From a virus: 64,000 nucleotides of DNA. Below, one piece after another: positions 42,797 to 54,058 of this stretch. The DNA is taken from IMG/VR virus record IMGVR_UViG_3300045988_159706. One strand, written 5' to 3'. Position 1 is the first letter of the stretch, and every line of letters begins with the position of its first letter. The notes beneath the pieces are model-generated. The model searched no databases and was not told the origin of the DNA. It saw only the letters and a program-made list of their open reading frames with translations. The translations under genes and the position numbers were made by a program.

Positions 42797-43388
42797 AATT
42801 TTAAGTGGAGTTGCAATTATTTTAGGAATAACTGTTTACTTCATGAATGTAAGGATAAATGATTTAAATAAATCATTAGATATATCCGTTAATAATGAAA
42901 AAGCATACTCGGCTGAAAACTCAGCCTTGAAAGAGAGTAATATAGTTTTTAGATTTGAGTTAGCTCAAATGACCCACATGAATGATTCAATTCTTGTGAA
43001 AATGCGAGAAGTAGCCCAAGAACTCAAAATAAAGGATAAGAAATTAGAATCTTTACAATATCAGTTAGAACATATTTCTAAGTCAGATACTATTTTTATT
43101 AGAGATACTATATTTAAAGATCCTGGTTTTAAACTTGATACGTGTATTCAAGATAAATGGGCTAGAACTTGTCTGCATCTTGAATATCCAAATGAAGTAG
43201 GAGTGTCAAGTGAGTTTAACAATGAAAAATATATTATTACTTCCTGGAAAAAAGAACCAATTAAGCAAAGGAAGTGGTTCCTTCCAAGATGGTTTACGAA
43301 AAAACAAAAAATTATAACTGTTGACGTAGTAGATAAGAATCCTTATGTAACTACAGAAAGACAGAGATTTGTACAAATTGTAGATTAA
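42777..43388 (+). CDS. membrane-anchored coiled-coil protein (i-spanin-like; one in-frame TGA)
   Basis: ATG 42777, TGA at codon 4, TM ILSGVAIILGITVYF, then coiled coil; in frame with track ORF 42843-43388. Confidence 0.45.
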
Positions 43389-43655
43389 ATGATTACAACA
43401 ATACCTACAAAATATGATATAGGGCAGAAAGTATATTTAAAGAAAACTGCTCTTGACTTTTCTCGAGGATATTTCATTGATGTTGAAGTTCCAGATCCAA
43501 CTCCTTACATAATTACATCTATTAGAATTCATGTATATCCTGATTATACAAGTATTTATTATCGTATCGATGGAAAACAGGAATCTATTAGGGAGGATAA
43601 AGTATTTAGTTCTTTAGAAGAGGTGGAAGCCCATTGTAAGCATGATTCAGAATAG
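43389..43655 (+). CDS. hypothetical protein
   Basis: ORF track. Confidence 0.5.
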   Translation: MITTIPTKYDIGQKVYLKKTALDFSRGYFIDVEVPDPTPYIITSIRIHVYPDYTSIYYRIDGKQESIREDKVFSSLEEVEAHCKHDSE

Positions 43656-44136
43656 TTTTTTGGAAAAAGGTAAAGAGAAAGAATTAGAATTTGCCTTAGC
43701 TCTTTGCAAAGCTAAAAGTCTTTCGTCCTCTATAATAGAAGAAGCTAGCAAGGAAGATGACATTTATCGTCATATTGATATCTGGGTAGGAGCAAATAGT
43801 TTCGATGTTAAAGCTGCAAAGAAAATTAACCGCTCTGATTTACTTCCTAACTATGATATTCATTGGATAGAACTCAGAAACGTTCATGGAGACAAAGGCT
43901 GGCTATTCGGGCAAGCTGATTATATAGCCTTTGAGTTGGAAACTACTTGGTGTATCTGTCCAAGAATTTCTTTAATACGGTCTCTAAAGGGTAAAATTGA
44001 TTTTTCCAATTTTACTACTAATAGAGATGATATGTTTAGAGTATATAGACGTAAAGATAGATTAGATGCTATTGTTAAAGTCGATAGTGATTTTTTGACC
44101 AAGGTTACGTCTAGTTTTTTAATTCCTAAAGAATAG
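43642..44136 (+). CDS. hypothetical protein, possible PD-(D/E)XK fold
   Basis: ORF track; HIDIW...FDVKAAKK pattern (weak). Confidence 0.45.
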   Translation: MIQNSFLEKGKEKELEFALALCKAKSLSSSIIEEASKEDDIYRHIDIWVGANSFDVKAAKKINRSDLLPNYDIHWIELRNVHGDKGWLFGQADYIAFELETTWCICPRISLIRSLKGKIDFSNFTTNRDDMFRVYRRKDRLDAIVKVDSDFLTKVTSSFLIPKE

Positions 44137-44139
44137 ACT

Positions 44140-44322
44140 ATGATTTTCTCTTTAGTGTATTACTTGATTTGTGTAGGTATTATTTTTGGATCTGATGATG
44201 GAAAACCTTGGAAGTTTTCAGATTATGTTCTTTTATTATTTGCTGGCATTTATGCTCCTTTAAGTGTAGGAATGTATATTGGTCGATTTTTAAAAGAAAA
44301 TAAGGTATATAAGGAAGAGTAA
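44140..44322 (+). CDS. small membrane protein
   Basis: ORF track. Confidence 0.45.
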   Translation: MIFSLVYYLICVGIIFGSDDGKPWKFSDYVLLLFAGIYAPLSVGMYIGRFLKENKVYKEE

Positions 44323-44333
44323 TCTTCCTATAT

Positions 44334-44409
44334 GGTGCGTATAGCTCAGTTGGTTTAGAGCGCCAGATTGTGGCTCTGGAGGTCACCGATTCGAATTCGG
44401 TTATGCACC
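44334..44409 (+). tRNA. tRNA-His: tRNA-His (anticodon GUG) with encoded G-1
   Basis: G-1 at 44334 opposite C73; anticodon arm CCAGA-TTGTGGC-TCTGG. Confidence 0.85.
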
Positions 44410-44423
44410 CTTAAATTATTTTT

Positions 44424-44720
44424 ATGAAGACATTTACTGAGTTTAAAAAACTTATTCCCAATAATAAATTGGGTGTTATTTCTCATCCTTGTAATAATTC
44501 AGTAACAGAGCCAAATATCTTAAAATGTTTGAATTACAAGATGCAATTTTCACTTCGAAAATGTAATCTTATCTATTGGAATATGCTGAAACAGCTTTAT
44601 ATATCATCTGATGATATGTTTAAATTTCTTAAAGGAGGAGTAAGTTATAGAGAAAGTATGACTGCCTTAATGGTAAGAGTACTAAGAGAAAATGTAGCTA
44701 AAAACGTATGAAAAAACTAA
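44424..44720 (+). CDS. hypothetical protein
   Basis: Track ORF ends at TGA 44709-44711 (ATGA overlap); in-frame TAA at 44718-44720. Confidence 0.45.
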
Positions 44721-45196
44721 ATATAGCACTCGTTGCACATGATGCACGAAAACAAGAATTAATTGATTGGGTTAAATTTAATAAACACTTATTATATAAC
44801 CATCATATTACTGCTACTGGCACTACAGGCAGATTACTTGGTAATATCATGGTTAAACAAGTTGCAGAAACAGACTGGAAAGGAAATGAATATTTTGTAA
44901 ATAAATATTTAAATGTAACCTCTGTTCTTTCTGGACCTCTTGGAGGAGATCAAATGATTGGTGCAATGATTGCACAAGGTCAAATTGATGTATTAATCTT
45001 CTTCTGTGATAATCTTATTACACAAGGACATCAAACAGATATTTCTGCATTAACTCGATTGGCATCCTTATATAATATTGCATTTGCAACAAATAGAACT
45101 ACAGCAGACATGATTCTTACTTCGTCATTATTTGCGAATGAAGAATATTGTCCTGTAAAAGCGGATTTTAGTAGTTATTTAAATCGCAAACTTTAG
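44708..45196 (+). CDS. mgsA: methylglyoxal synthase
   Basis: IALVAHDARKQELIDWV, ATGTTG, SGPLGGDQ, IDVLIFF, ATNRTTAD match the MgsA pattern. Confidence 0.85.
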   Translation: MKKLNIALVAHDARKQELIDWVKFNKHLLYNHHITATGTTGRLLGNIMVKQVAETDWKGNEYFVNKYLNVTSVLSGPLGGDQMIGAMIAQGQIDVLIFFCDNLITQGHQTDISALTRLASLYNIAFATNRTTADMILTSSLFANEEYCPVKADFSSYLNRKL

Positions 45197-45198
45197 TT

Positions 45199-45456
45199 AT
45201 GTCAAAAAGTCGCAAACTTCCAATTTTTAAAGATAAAGGTCTTAAAGGCATTTATCACAGAATTGTTAAAAGGAGAATAAAAAATTATTTAAAGAGTAAT
45301 TTTTTAAGATTACAAGATGAGGATTTTGATTGTAATATTCCAAATCCTAAAACAATAGTTAGCGACTACAATTATAGCGATTATACAATCGATTTACGTT
45401 ATGAAAAAGGTAAAAGATGGGGAGAAGAGTGGAAAGCTAAATTCTCTAGAAAATAA
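45199..45456 (+). CDS. hypothetical basic protein
   Basis: ORF track. Confidence 0.45.
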   Translation: MSKSRKLPIFKDKGLKGIYHRIVKRRIKNYLKSNFLRLQDEDFDCNIPNPKTIVSDYNYSDYTIDLRYEKGKRWGEEWKAKFSRK

Positions 45457-45595
45457 ACGTATCTTAGATTACATAAAGGCTGTAAGGAAGAAATCAAGGG
45501 AAGAGGAGATCCAATTGTATGGAAAACCTCTTCCTAAAACTAAGATTAAAGAATCAAAAAAGATATATAAGAGAAATAAAAAATGACTGCATTAG
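45401..45595 (+). CDS. lysine-rich ORF overlapping the previous gene (status uncertain)
   Basis: Track ORF 45401-45586 ends in TGA; TAG follows at 45593-45595. Confidence 0.25.
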
Positions 45596-46959
45596 ATTTT
45601 TTTTATGATGAGTTTGTTGCATTTTGCAATAAGTATGATCTAGTGGAACAATTTAATAAAGGGTTGCAGATAAAAGGTTTTCCTTACGAGTTAAGCTGTA
45701 AACCCTTTATTTTATCTAGGTTATCTCCAGAAATATTTAATTACTCTTTACATTGGGCAGAAACTCCTACCCCAAAATCACATTCATGGAGAGAAATTCA
45801 TGATCTTTGGGCAGAAAAAAGTGCAAAGATAGAAAATAGCTTCAAGAAGAAATCAAAAGTATTTGAATCATTTCCAGTATACTACTTTAAGTATAAAGGA
45901 TATGATTATTTAGACTATGTTTCCAATTATATTAGGCAGTTATACTATGCAGATCAGTTAATTCCAGTAAGAGTTATAGATGTAAAACAAGTAGACGTAA
46001 AAAATGGATGCCCAGAAGGTGTACATATTATTTCAAATATGTCCATGTGGGCATTAAAAATGGTGACTAAGTATAAGGGGGTTGTTGAATATAAGGAGTA
46101 TGACTTAGGAAAGAACATTATTAGAATGTCTGATAAGTTTGCATCTATTATGAAAGCATTCCCAGCTGGATTATCTGCCATTCTAGAACTAAATCCTTCT
46201 AAAAAGGTCAATTATCTAGATATTGACTATAATACAGGCAAAGTTTCTTATCTTCCTATAGAGAAAACTCTTAAAAAGGATTTTGAGTCTGTACGTGCAT
46301 ATGCAGATAGTAATAGGAAAACAACTACTATAGGACGATTACTCAATAAGTTCAATTGGGCCCCTTATCTAGATAGATGTGATATCGAAAGGATATCTAA
46401 TTTTGTTTCTGGATATGGAGAAACTCTTAGTGTAGAAATTTGGGAACCTGAAAAAATACGTATAGCATATTTAGAAGATAATTATGCAGAAGAACTAAGA
46501 TGTATAAAATCTACATTGCATAATTCTTGTATGCGATATGCTGAGTGTCAAGATTTTTTTGAGTTTTATGAAAAAGCTGATGCAAAGATTGCTGTAGCAC
46601 TTGATGAAAAAGGTAAAGTTTGTGCCAGAGCAATACTTTGGCAAATCAATGATTCTTTATACTTTCTGGATAGGATTTACTCAATTAGTCCTTTTTACTA
46701 TGTAAAGTTTGCAAAAGCTGTTGCAAGTAAGGTTCCTATAGACTTTTATAAAGTAGATAGAACTATATACAATATAAAAACTCTCACTGAAGCAGAAATG
46801 CCAGTTTATAGATTATTTAGACCGAAGTTAATAAATTATGAAGGATTGGTTCCCTATGTAGATACTTTCTATATATTTGATTCTACTTGTGGAGAACTAT
46901 TGACTGATACAAAAATTTTTAAACTTCAAACTACTGAAGGAAATTTAATACATATATAA
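45583..46959 (+). CDS. hypothetical protein (458 aa), paralog of 62146-63546
   Basis: Shared block NSCM...(F/Y)F(E/D)(F/L)Y...(V/L)ALD/KE...ARA(I/L)(L/V)W...(F/Y)(L/M)DR(I/V)Y. Confidence 0.6.
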   Translation: MTALDFFYDEFVAFCNKYDLVEQFNKGLQIKGFPYELSCKPFILSRLSPEIFNYSLHWAETPTPKSHSWREIHDLWAEKSAKIENSFKKKSKVFESFPVYYFKYKGYDYLDYVSNYIRQLYYADQLIPVRVIDVKQVDVKNGCPEGVHIISNMSMWALKMVTKYKGVVEYKEYDLGKNIIRMSDKFASIMKAFPAGLSAILELNPSKKVNYLDIDYNTGKVSYLPIEKTLKKDFESVRAYADSNRKTTTIGRLLNKFNWAPYLDRCDIERISNFVSGYGETLSVEIWEPEKIRIAYLEDNYAEELRCIKSTLHNSCMRYAECQDFFEFYEKADAKIAVALDEKGKVCARAILWQINDSLYFLDRIYSISPFYYVKFAKAVASKVPIDFYKVDRTIYNIKTLTEAEMPVYRLFRPKLINYEGLVPYVDTFYIFDSTCGELLTDTKIFKLQTTEGNLIHI

Positions 46960-46960
46960 T

Positions 46961-47326
46961 ATGAAAAATGCACGTTTTTATTACAGTGTTCCGCTGAGCA
47001 CTGTAAAGGTTTTAGTTGTAGGAACTCAAGATTTTATTCCTGATGATGTTGCTGGTTTTTACAAATCTTCAATTCAGCCTATGCCTCGAATTACTATTTG
47101 TAGTCTGCTTAATGAGGATCGTACAAAATTATCTTTTGGAGTAGCTGTATGTTCAGCTAAAGATCGTTTCGTAAAGAAGATTGGTCGTGAGTTAGCTTAC
47201 AAAAGAGCCCTTGAACATCCTTTCAAAGTAGCTGAAGTTACTAAAGATAATATTCGTGAAGTACGAATGAATGTATCTCAGGCTATTGAAAGAGAAATAT
47301 GGGCAATGCATCCTAAGAAATTCTAA
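46961..47326 (+). CDS. hypothetical protein
   Basis: ORF track. Confidence 0.5.
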   Translation: MKNARFYYSVPLSTVKVLVVGTQDFIPDDVAGFYKSSIQPMPRITICSLLNEDRTKLSFGVAVCSAKDRFVKKIGRELAYKRALEHPFKVAEVTKDNIREVRMNVSQAIEREIWAMHPKKF

Positions 47327-47493
47327 TGGAGTACGAAATTATAATTCATGGTAAAGTTTCTACTAAAAATGTAGATAAATTCAAAGAATGTTTCGGAAAA
47401 GCATTAACAGATAGTGAATCCACCTTTAGGGGGAATACTTATATCTATGAATTTACAGAATACGAAGAGGTAAAAGATGATACAGAAAGCTAG
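47326..47493 (+). CDS. small hypothetical protein (55 aa)
   Basis: ATG 47326 (TAATG overlap) to TAG 47491-47493. Confidence 0.35.
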   Translation: MEYEIIIHGKVSTKNVDKFKECFGKALTDSESTFRGNTYIYEFTEYEEVKDDTES

Positions 47494-47890
47494 GGAATTT
47501 ACTGTTCCTATTCTTAATGTCAAAGTGTCAATCTTAATTGGAAGTCCACTATCCGTAGAAAGTTACCTTCAGGATGTTCATAACAAAGTATTCGGACATA
47601 GTGCACCAAATGTAGTTGCAGAAACCTTTTATTCTACTGAATCAGATGCTGATGAGTTTTTGTATATTGCATTATACGATGATACAGATATAAAAGATTC
47701 TGCATATAACGTTATACATGAATGTCTTCATGCTGCTCATAAAATCTGTACTTTCAGAGGAGTTGAGTTAGATGAAGAGTTTCTATGTTATTTGCAGGGA
47801 TTCTTAATTAACAAAGTATTTGAATGTTTGAATGCTGAACTGATGGTAGTTACAAACCATCAATTGACTGCGGAGGATACTCTGCAATAA
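47477..47890 (+). CDS. hypothetical protein
   Basis: ORF track. Confidence 0.5.
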   Translation: MIQKAREFTVPILNVKVSILIGSPLSVESYLQDVHNKVFGHSAPNVVAETFYSTESDADEFLYIALYDDTDIKDSAYNVIHECLHAAHKICTFRGVELDEEFLCYLQGFLINKVFECLNAELMVVTNHQLTAEDTLQ

Positions 47891-48267
47891 TAACTCAAAA
47901 TGGTGAAGTTATAAAAAAACTTTACAGAGGTTATAGAAACACTACTAACAACCGTATGGAACTTCTAGGGGTCTTAGAATGTCTTAGATATTTTACAAAC
48001 CCTGAACAAATAACCATATATTCGGATTCTCAATATGTAGTATCGAGTATTAACAACAAGCATCTTACCAAGTGGGTTGAAGACAATGATCAATCCAAAA
48101 AGAATCTTGATTTGTGATATCCAATTTATGAATTATTGAAGTTTCATACGGTTACTTTTGTGTGAGTAAAAGGCCACAATAATAACAAATTTAATGAGTT
48201 AGCGGATTTATTTGCAACTCATGCAAGTGATTGTTTAGATCTACCAGAAGATAATGGTTCATTTTAA
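47824..48267 (+). CDS. rnhA: ribonuclease HI (147 aa, three in-frame TGA)
   Basis: Absent from the ORF track because of TGA at 47836, 48115, 48163; TDGS, NNRMEL, SDSQYV, NLDL-TGA, FV-TGA-VKGH, NELAD. Confidence 0.8.
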
Positions 48268-48619
48268 GATTAAAAAAGTCGGAAATCACTGGTATCCATG
48301 TGTTAATCATGAATATGACAGTGACATATCGTTGGATCCAAAAATTGAGAAATATCTCAATAACTACTCTGTAAAATCTGGATATGTGGATGAAGTTACA
48401 ATAGAGTTGGAAGAGATTCCAATGATAACAGAAGATATTAATTTAATCTTCTTTAACGAGTCTGATATTACAAGATATTATACTACTGATGACGATTTCA
48501 ATCTTAGGTTTGAAATCAATGACCATGAATTTGAGATTGATGCATATTTATTTGGATGCTTTGAATTGCAATTCAATTTAAATTTTCATGAAAATCTCTA
48601 TAAATTACATATCTGGTAA
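48254..48619 (+). CDS. hypothetical protein
   Basis: ORF track. Confidence 0.5.
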   Translation: MVHFKIKKVGNHWYPCVNHEYDSDISLDPKIEKYLNNYSVKSGYVDEVTIELEEIPMITEDINLIFFNESDITRYYTTDDDFNLRFEINDHEFEIDAYLFGCFELQFNLNFHENLYKLHIW

Positions 48620-48816
48620 TGAAATATGAAATCAGGATAGTGCAGATTACTCCCAATGGTTGTTGTTTAGTATATGCTAAAGACTATGAGACCGATGAGG
48701 AAATTGAAGAGATGACAGTGTATAATAAGAAATTACGCTGTTTCATGACAAAGGAACGCAAAGACGATGAAATTAAAAACTGAGGCACAGGAATCAACAG
48801 AGAAATTAGATATTAA
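48619..48816 (+). CDS. small hypothetical protein (TGA at 48781, then TAA at 48814-48816)
   Basis: ATG 48619 (TAATG overlap). Confidence 0.35.
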
Positions 48817-49342
48817 GAGAAGGAAGTGTACTTTATCTGAGAATATTCAAAAACTTTTACTGCGGCAATTAAAACACGAGCTGTATAATCATAACCTCTA
48901 TATGAGTTTTTCTAACTTTTATGGAGTGCAAGGATTAGCTGTTCTGGAACAGTATTATAAAGAACGTGCAGATGAGGAATATCATCATCATTCATGGATT
49001 CGTACATATATGAATGAGAATGATGCAGCATATATTTACCCTGATATTCCTGCCATTAGTGAAACTTTTGAAGATAATGTAACGCCATTTAAGTTAACTG
49101 TAGATAAGGAGATTCAAACAACTCAACTTATTTATGAAATTGTGGATGCAGCTCTTGAAGAGGGGGACTGGGCCACTTTTAATTGGCTAAATGGAGATAA
49201 CGATGAAACTGGACGACTTGTTCAAGAACAAGTTGAAGAAGAATCAATCTCACGTACTGCTCTAGATATTGCTATGGAGGAAGGTTCTTGGCTTCGTAAG
49301 GAGAAATCCATTATGAATGCTTATAAAGGAGATGTTGATTAA
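48767..49342 (+). CDS. ferritin-like protein
   Basis: Four-helix pattern with EEYHHHSWIRTYM and an upstream E-rich helix. Confidence 0.55.
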   Translation: MKLKTEAQESTEKLDIKRRKCTLSENIQKLLLRQLKHELYNHNLYMSFSNFYGVQGLAVLEQYYKERADEEYHHHSWIRTYMNENDAAYIYPDIPAISETFEDNVTPFKLTVDKEIQTTQLIYEIVDAALEEGDWATFNWLNGDNDETGRLVQEQVEEESISRTALDIAMEEGSWLRKEKSIMNAYKGDVD

Positions 49343-50072
49343 GTTACCCGAAGACATTAATGATCTATATTTCTGTGGTGATATTCATGGTAATTTAGAT
49401 TATTTAAAGTATTTTATAAATACAGGAGTTGGATTCCCACAAAAGATATTTAACTCCTGTATTGTTTTATGTGGAGATGTAGGATTAGGATTTTCTCCTG
49501 ATCTTGAAAGTATGAAGATCTCTTTCTTAAATAAGCTCTGCGAAAAAACTAATAATTATATTATCGCCATAAGAGGGAATCATGATGATCCTCAACAGTT
49601 TAAAAACCTTTATAACAAGAGATTCAAAGCGGTTGAAGATTATTCTGTAATTCAATATAAAGATAAAAATATCTTGTGTATTGGAGGTGGAACTTCTATA
49701 GATAGAATCTATAGAAAAAATAACAAATGGGGATATTGGGAAGATGAAAAGATTGTTGAGTTGGATAATTTTGATTCAATTCCATATTGTCAAATTATCG
49801 CATCCCATTGTGCTCCTACCTGTGCATACCCTTATGGAATAGGAAAGTTAGTAATGGAATTCTGTGATGGAGATGATTCATTACTGGAAGAATTACTTTG
49901 GGAGAGAAATTATCTTCAAACTTGCTACGAAGAAATGTCTAAAAAAGGACCAGTAGAAGATTGGTATTATGGGCATTACCATAGTACTATGGATACTACT
50001 GTAGATAATACGAGGTTTCATTTACTTGGTATTAATTACCTTTCTAGATATTGTTATAATGATTACAATTAA
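49317..50072 (+). CDS. calcineurin-like metallophosphoesterase
   Basis: GDIHG, GDVG, RGNHD, GHYH motifs. Confidence 0.8.
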   Translation: MLIKEMLIKLPEDINDLYFCGDIHGNLDYLKYFINTGVGFPQKIFNSCIVLCGDVGLGFSPDLESMKISFLNKLCEKTNNYIIAIRGNHDDPQQFKNLYNKRFKAVEDYSVIQYKDKNILCIGGGTSIDRIYRKNNKWGYWEDEKIVELDNFDSIPYCQIIASHCAPTCAYPYGIGKLVMEFCDGDDSLLEELLWERNYLQTCYEEMSKKGPVEDWYYGHYHSTMDTTVDNTRFHLLGINYLSRYCYNDYN

Positions 50073-50376
50073 ATGTTGTTTAGTTGCAGTTCAGACTGGA
50101 CAATATTCTAAATTGGTGTTTGAGGACCTTAATAGGGATCCTTGCGATGATTTAAAATATGTCACTGTTGTAATGCTTCCAAATTGAGACTATAAAGATA
50201 CTCTCAAAATTGGAGATACTGGATATCTGCAATTTGAAAGTGTAAAAGCTGGAGAAACTCAGTGATATAATAGAGAAATACAAGATTTTGCAGTTTATAA
50301 ATTTAATGCTAATTATTTTATAAACTTCATTAAACACAAAGAGATAAATAATATGAAAGAATTTAAGTTTGATTAA
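50059..50376 (+). CDS. hypothetical protein (105 aa, two in-frame TGA)
   Basis: ATG 50059 to TAA 50374-50376, open only if TGA is sense. Confidence 0.45.
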
Positions 50377-50378
50377 AT

Positions 50379-51209
50379 ATGGATACAGAATTTGGAGCTA
50401 AGTTAAAGGAAGCTATAACGGCTAAAGACAATGATATTAATAGCTTGGTATGAAAAGACAAAACTGGTGTAAACATTCGTTTAATGGATATTTCCCAGAA
50501 TGAACTAAAGCGATATCATCGTCATTGCGAACAAATGCTAACTAACAGGGACATTTACAAACCTGGTAAATTAGTAATTCGTGAAAACATCCAAAAATGT
50601 TGAGATTCTTGTAATGCTGAATTGTTTGCAAGATATTTAATGCATGATTGTGAGACAGATATTAAAACCAATAAAGATCTACTTGACTTTATCAATGTCC
50701 AAAGAAAAGCAAATAATGTAGATGTGGAAGACAGTATTTCAGTTTTATTTACTGGACTTCCTCCTATCTATGAGAAAGTTACTGTAGGGAAGTTAATGGA
50801 TGTATGTTTTGATAAGCTTGATGTACTTAACAAAAAGATGATTACAGACAAGTTTATTATTGCGCAGGGAATCTGACTCACAGACGAAGAAAAACAAGAG
50901 CTCACAGAATTAGAAACAGGGGGTAAAATTAGAAATCGAATGGAAGTTATCAAGGAAAGACTTTGTCTTAATCCTGATATTAGACTGCGTGTAAGTCCTA
51001 CAGGACTTTCATTTGCTGAGTTTAGAGCTTTAATTCAACTTTCTGATCTCCCTAAAATATCTTCCTTGTCTACAATTGCTCTTAAAACTCTTAGAGACAA
51101 AGTTTTACTGCTTTTGGACAATGATCTTGATTATCATATCAATAAATGGATGAAAATTAAGAAGGATATTGAACGAGTAGCAGAATATAAAAACTGGAAT
51201 TTAGATTAG
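50379..51209 (+). CDS. hypothetical protein (276 aa, three in-frame TGA)
   Basis: ATG 50379 is in frame with track ORFs 50622-50876 and 50940-51209; only TGAs separate them. Confidence 0.55.
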
Positions 51210-51234
51210 GTTCTGAAAATTAATTTTAGTAATT

Positions 51235-52173
51235 TTGGAACAAGTAAATACAACACTATTAAAAGCTCTATGCGAAATAGTACATCCTTCTAGACAGGAA
51301 CAGTCCATGATAACTTATATACTTAACTTCTGTTATACAATAGAAGGTATACAATTTGAAATGGATGATGAAAATAATCTTTTTATTACAAAAAATACTA
51401 CTAATCCAGCGGTATATCCTTGTCTAGTAGCACATATGGATGAAATTCTACATTATACAGGTGTAAAATGTGCAAAAATTAAAGGAAATAAAATTTATGG
51501 CTATTATAAGAAGACAGGAAAACAATGTGGACTTGGGTTAGATGACTGTTTTGGCATCTATATTTGTCTACATTGTTTATATTGCCTTCCAGACCTAAAA
51601 GTTTGTTTCACAACTCAAGAAGAAATGGGTTGTATAGGAGCAGAAATTGCAGGTTTAAATATTGATTTCTTTGATAATTGCAGATTCCTGTTACAAGCTG
51701 ATAGAATGGGAGGTCAAGATTTGATTACACATACTAATGGCATAGACATTACTTCAGATGAGTTTCTAGAAGATATAGATAGTCTTTTAGAAAAATATAA
51801 GTACAAAGAGGCACGAGGTACAATGACAGATGTTGGAACTTTAAAAGAAAACATTAATCTGTCTGCAGTTAATATTTCGTGCGGATATTATTGTGCTCAT
51901 ACACACAAAGAATATGGAAATTTAACGGAGTTAAATAATTGTTTAAATTTTATCTTAGAGATTATTAGGCTTAATGATAAAGTTTATGAACATACAGCTG
52001 ATCTTTCTGGATCATATGCAAGGTATTCAGATTTTGATTGGCCTCCTGGAGAATCTAGGCATGTTTATGCTTACCAAGATTCTGATGAAGCTTTCTATGA
52101 AAATCTTGCAGATAAGTGTTCCAACTGTAAGACTTATAGATGTGATGAGTGCGGTTACTATTGACGTGGCTAA
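51235..52173 (+). CDS. M42/M28-like metallopeptidase homolog
   Basis: VAHMDEI, GLDDCFG, TTQEEMGCIGA patterns; TGA at 52162, then TAA at 52171-52173; start codon uncertain. Confidence 0.5.
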
Positions 52174-53393
52174 TGGACAAAACTCAACGTCAACGATTAG
52201 GCGTTCAAAAATGAATTAATAATAAAGGAAATGGGATTTGGGTTTGAAGTACTGGTGTTGGTAAATCATTTGGAGCTTTAATGGCTTGTGTGAAATTACT
52301 AAAAATTAGACCAGATGCTAAAATTCTAATTTCTGTACCTACAACAATTCTCAAGGAACAATGACTAAGAGACGTAGCTAAAACTAAATTCTTTGGAAAT
52401 GTTACTGTTGAGGTTATTAATTCTATTTTAAAAAAATCTTGAGAAGTTGATTTTCTAATAATTGATGAGCTTCATACTGCGGTATCGGAGCAGTCAATAA
52501 AAATATTTGATCAAGTTAAGTATGATTTCTTTCTGGGGCTTACAGCTACTTTAGAAAGACTTGATGGAAGAGAGGAATTACTATCTTTATATACTAGAGT
52601 AATTGATGTCATTACAACTGAAGAAGCAATAAAAAATGGATGATTATCGCCATTTAGGTATTACAAAGTTCTTGTGGAGGTTGATGACATGGATACTTAT
52701 TATGTAATGAACCAAAAGTTTAATTCAGTTTTTGCATTCTTTAATTTTGATTTCAGTTCTGCAATGAAATGTGCAACTGATTGAAAGTTCCGTAATAATT
52801 ACGCTTATAAGATGGGATATGATAGAAAGCAGGTTTTAAATGCTGCTATGGCGTGGATGCAATTAATGCAGAAGCGCAAAAAATTTGTTATGTCCCACCC
52901 TAAAAAGTTTGAAATAGCGAAAAAAATTATAGAAGCAAGAAAAGATAAAAAAATTATTACTTTTTCAGCCACTATTAAAGATGCGGAATCTTTAAAAGTT
53001 GGATATACTCTTCATAGCAAAAAGAAAAAACAAGAAAACTCAGAAACTATTGCATTGTTTAAGTCTCAATCTTCAGGGGTTCTTAATACATCTAAAGCAG
53101 CTAATGCAGGATTGGATTGCCCTGATATAAATTGTGAGATTAGAATTAGTGGAACTAGTTCTGGAATTGATGCAAGGCAGATTTTGGGAAGGGGATTGCG
53201 TTATGTTAATAATAAGATAACTGAAGTTTTTACTTTGGTTGTTAAAGGCACTAACGAAGAATCCTGGTTTAATAAGGCCCATCAAGGCATTTCATATATT
53301 ACTATCACTGAAGATCAACTTGACTTAGTTTTAAAAGGAGAAGAAGTAATCACAAGAAAACGAGATGATGTAATTACTAACTATAGATTTTAA
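52173..53393 (+). CDS. SF2 (DEAD/DEAH-like) helicase (406 aa, six in-frame TGA)
   Basis: ATG 52173 (TAATG overlap) in frame with track ORF 52812-53393; GTGVGKS, IIDELH, LTATLER, KNG-TGA-LSPF. Confidence 0.75.
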
Positions 53394-53458
53394 ACAGTAC
53401 TAAGTATCGTAATAACTGTAGGTACTTAGATTTGAATTTAACTTCCAAAACTATATAA

Positions 53459-54058
53459 ATGGAGTTAAATACAATACTTAACATAATGGCAGAATATCAT
53501 ATTAGTGCAGACGAACTGTTACTAATATGATTAACTCTCTATGCTCGGGATGAAGAAGGCCATTCTGAGCTTTTCTTAAAGTGGTGGACAGATTGTGAGG
53601 GAAAACAGAAACTGAAAACCATGTTTGAGAACCTAAAAGAAAAATCCATAATCAAGAAGAATTATAATCCAGAATCTTATGTTCCTAATGATATTGAATT
53701 TAATAAAAATTTTCTAAAGAAGTATTATAAACAATCAGGAGTTCTTGGAAAAGAGCTATTTGATAACTATGAACCATTTATCCAAATTAATGGAAAGATG
53801 GCCAGTCTTAGAAATATTGCTAAGAAATTTTATACTTTAGAGGAATTTTACTTTTATTATTCTTCTCAAATAGGACATAATCCAGAAAAGCATAAAGAGG
53901 TGATGGAAATTTTACGATGGGCTCGTGAAAACAAGCTTTGTAAAGTTTCTATTCTTGAGTTCGTTGCTTCTCATAAATGAAATGAATTTGCACAGATGAA
54001 GGCTGAAGGATTTAGTCCTGATGTTGGTACTTCTTTTGATGTTTATCAGGATTTTTAA
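53459..54058 (+). CDS. hypothetical protein (199 aa, two in-frame TGA)
   Basis: ATG 53459 in frame with track ORF 53621-53980; continues through TGA to TAA 54056-54058. Confidence 0.5.
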
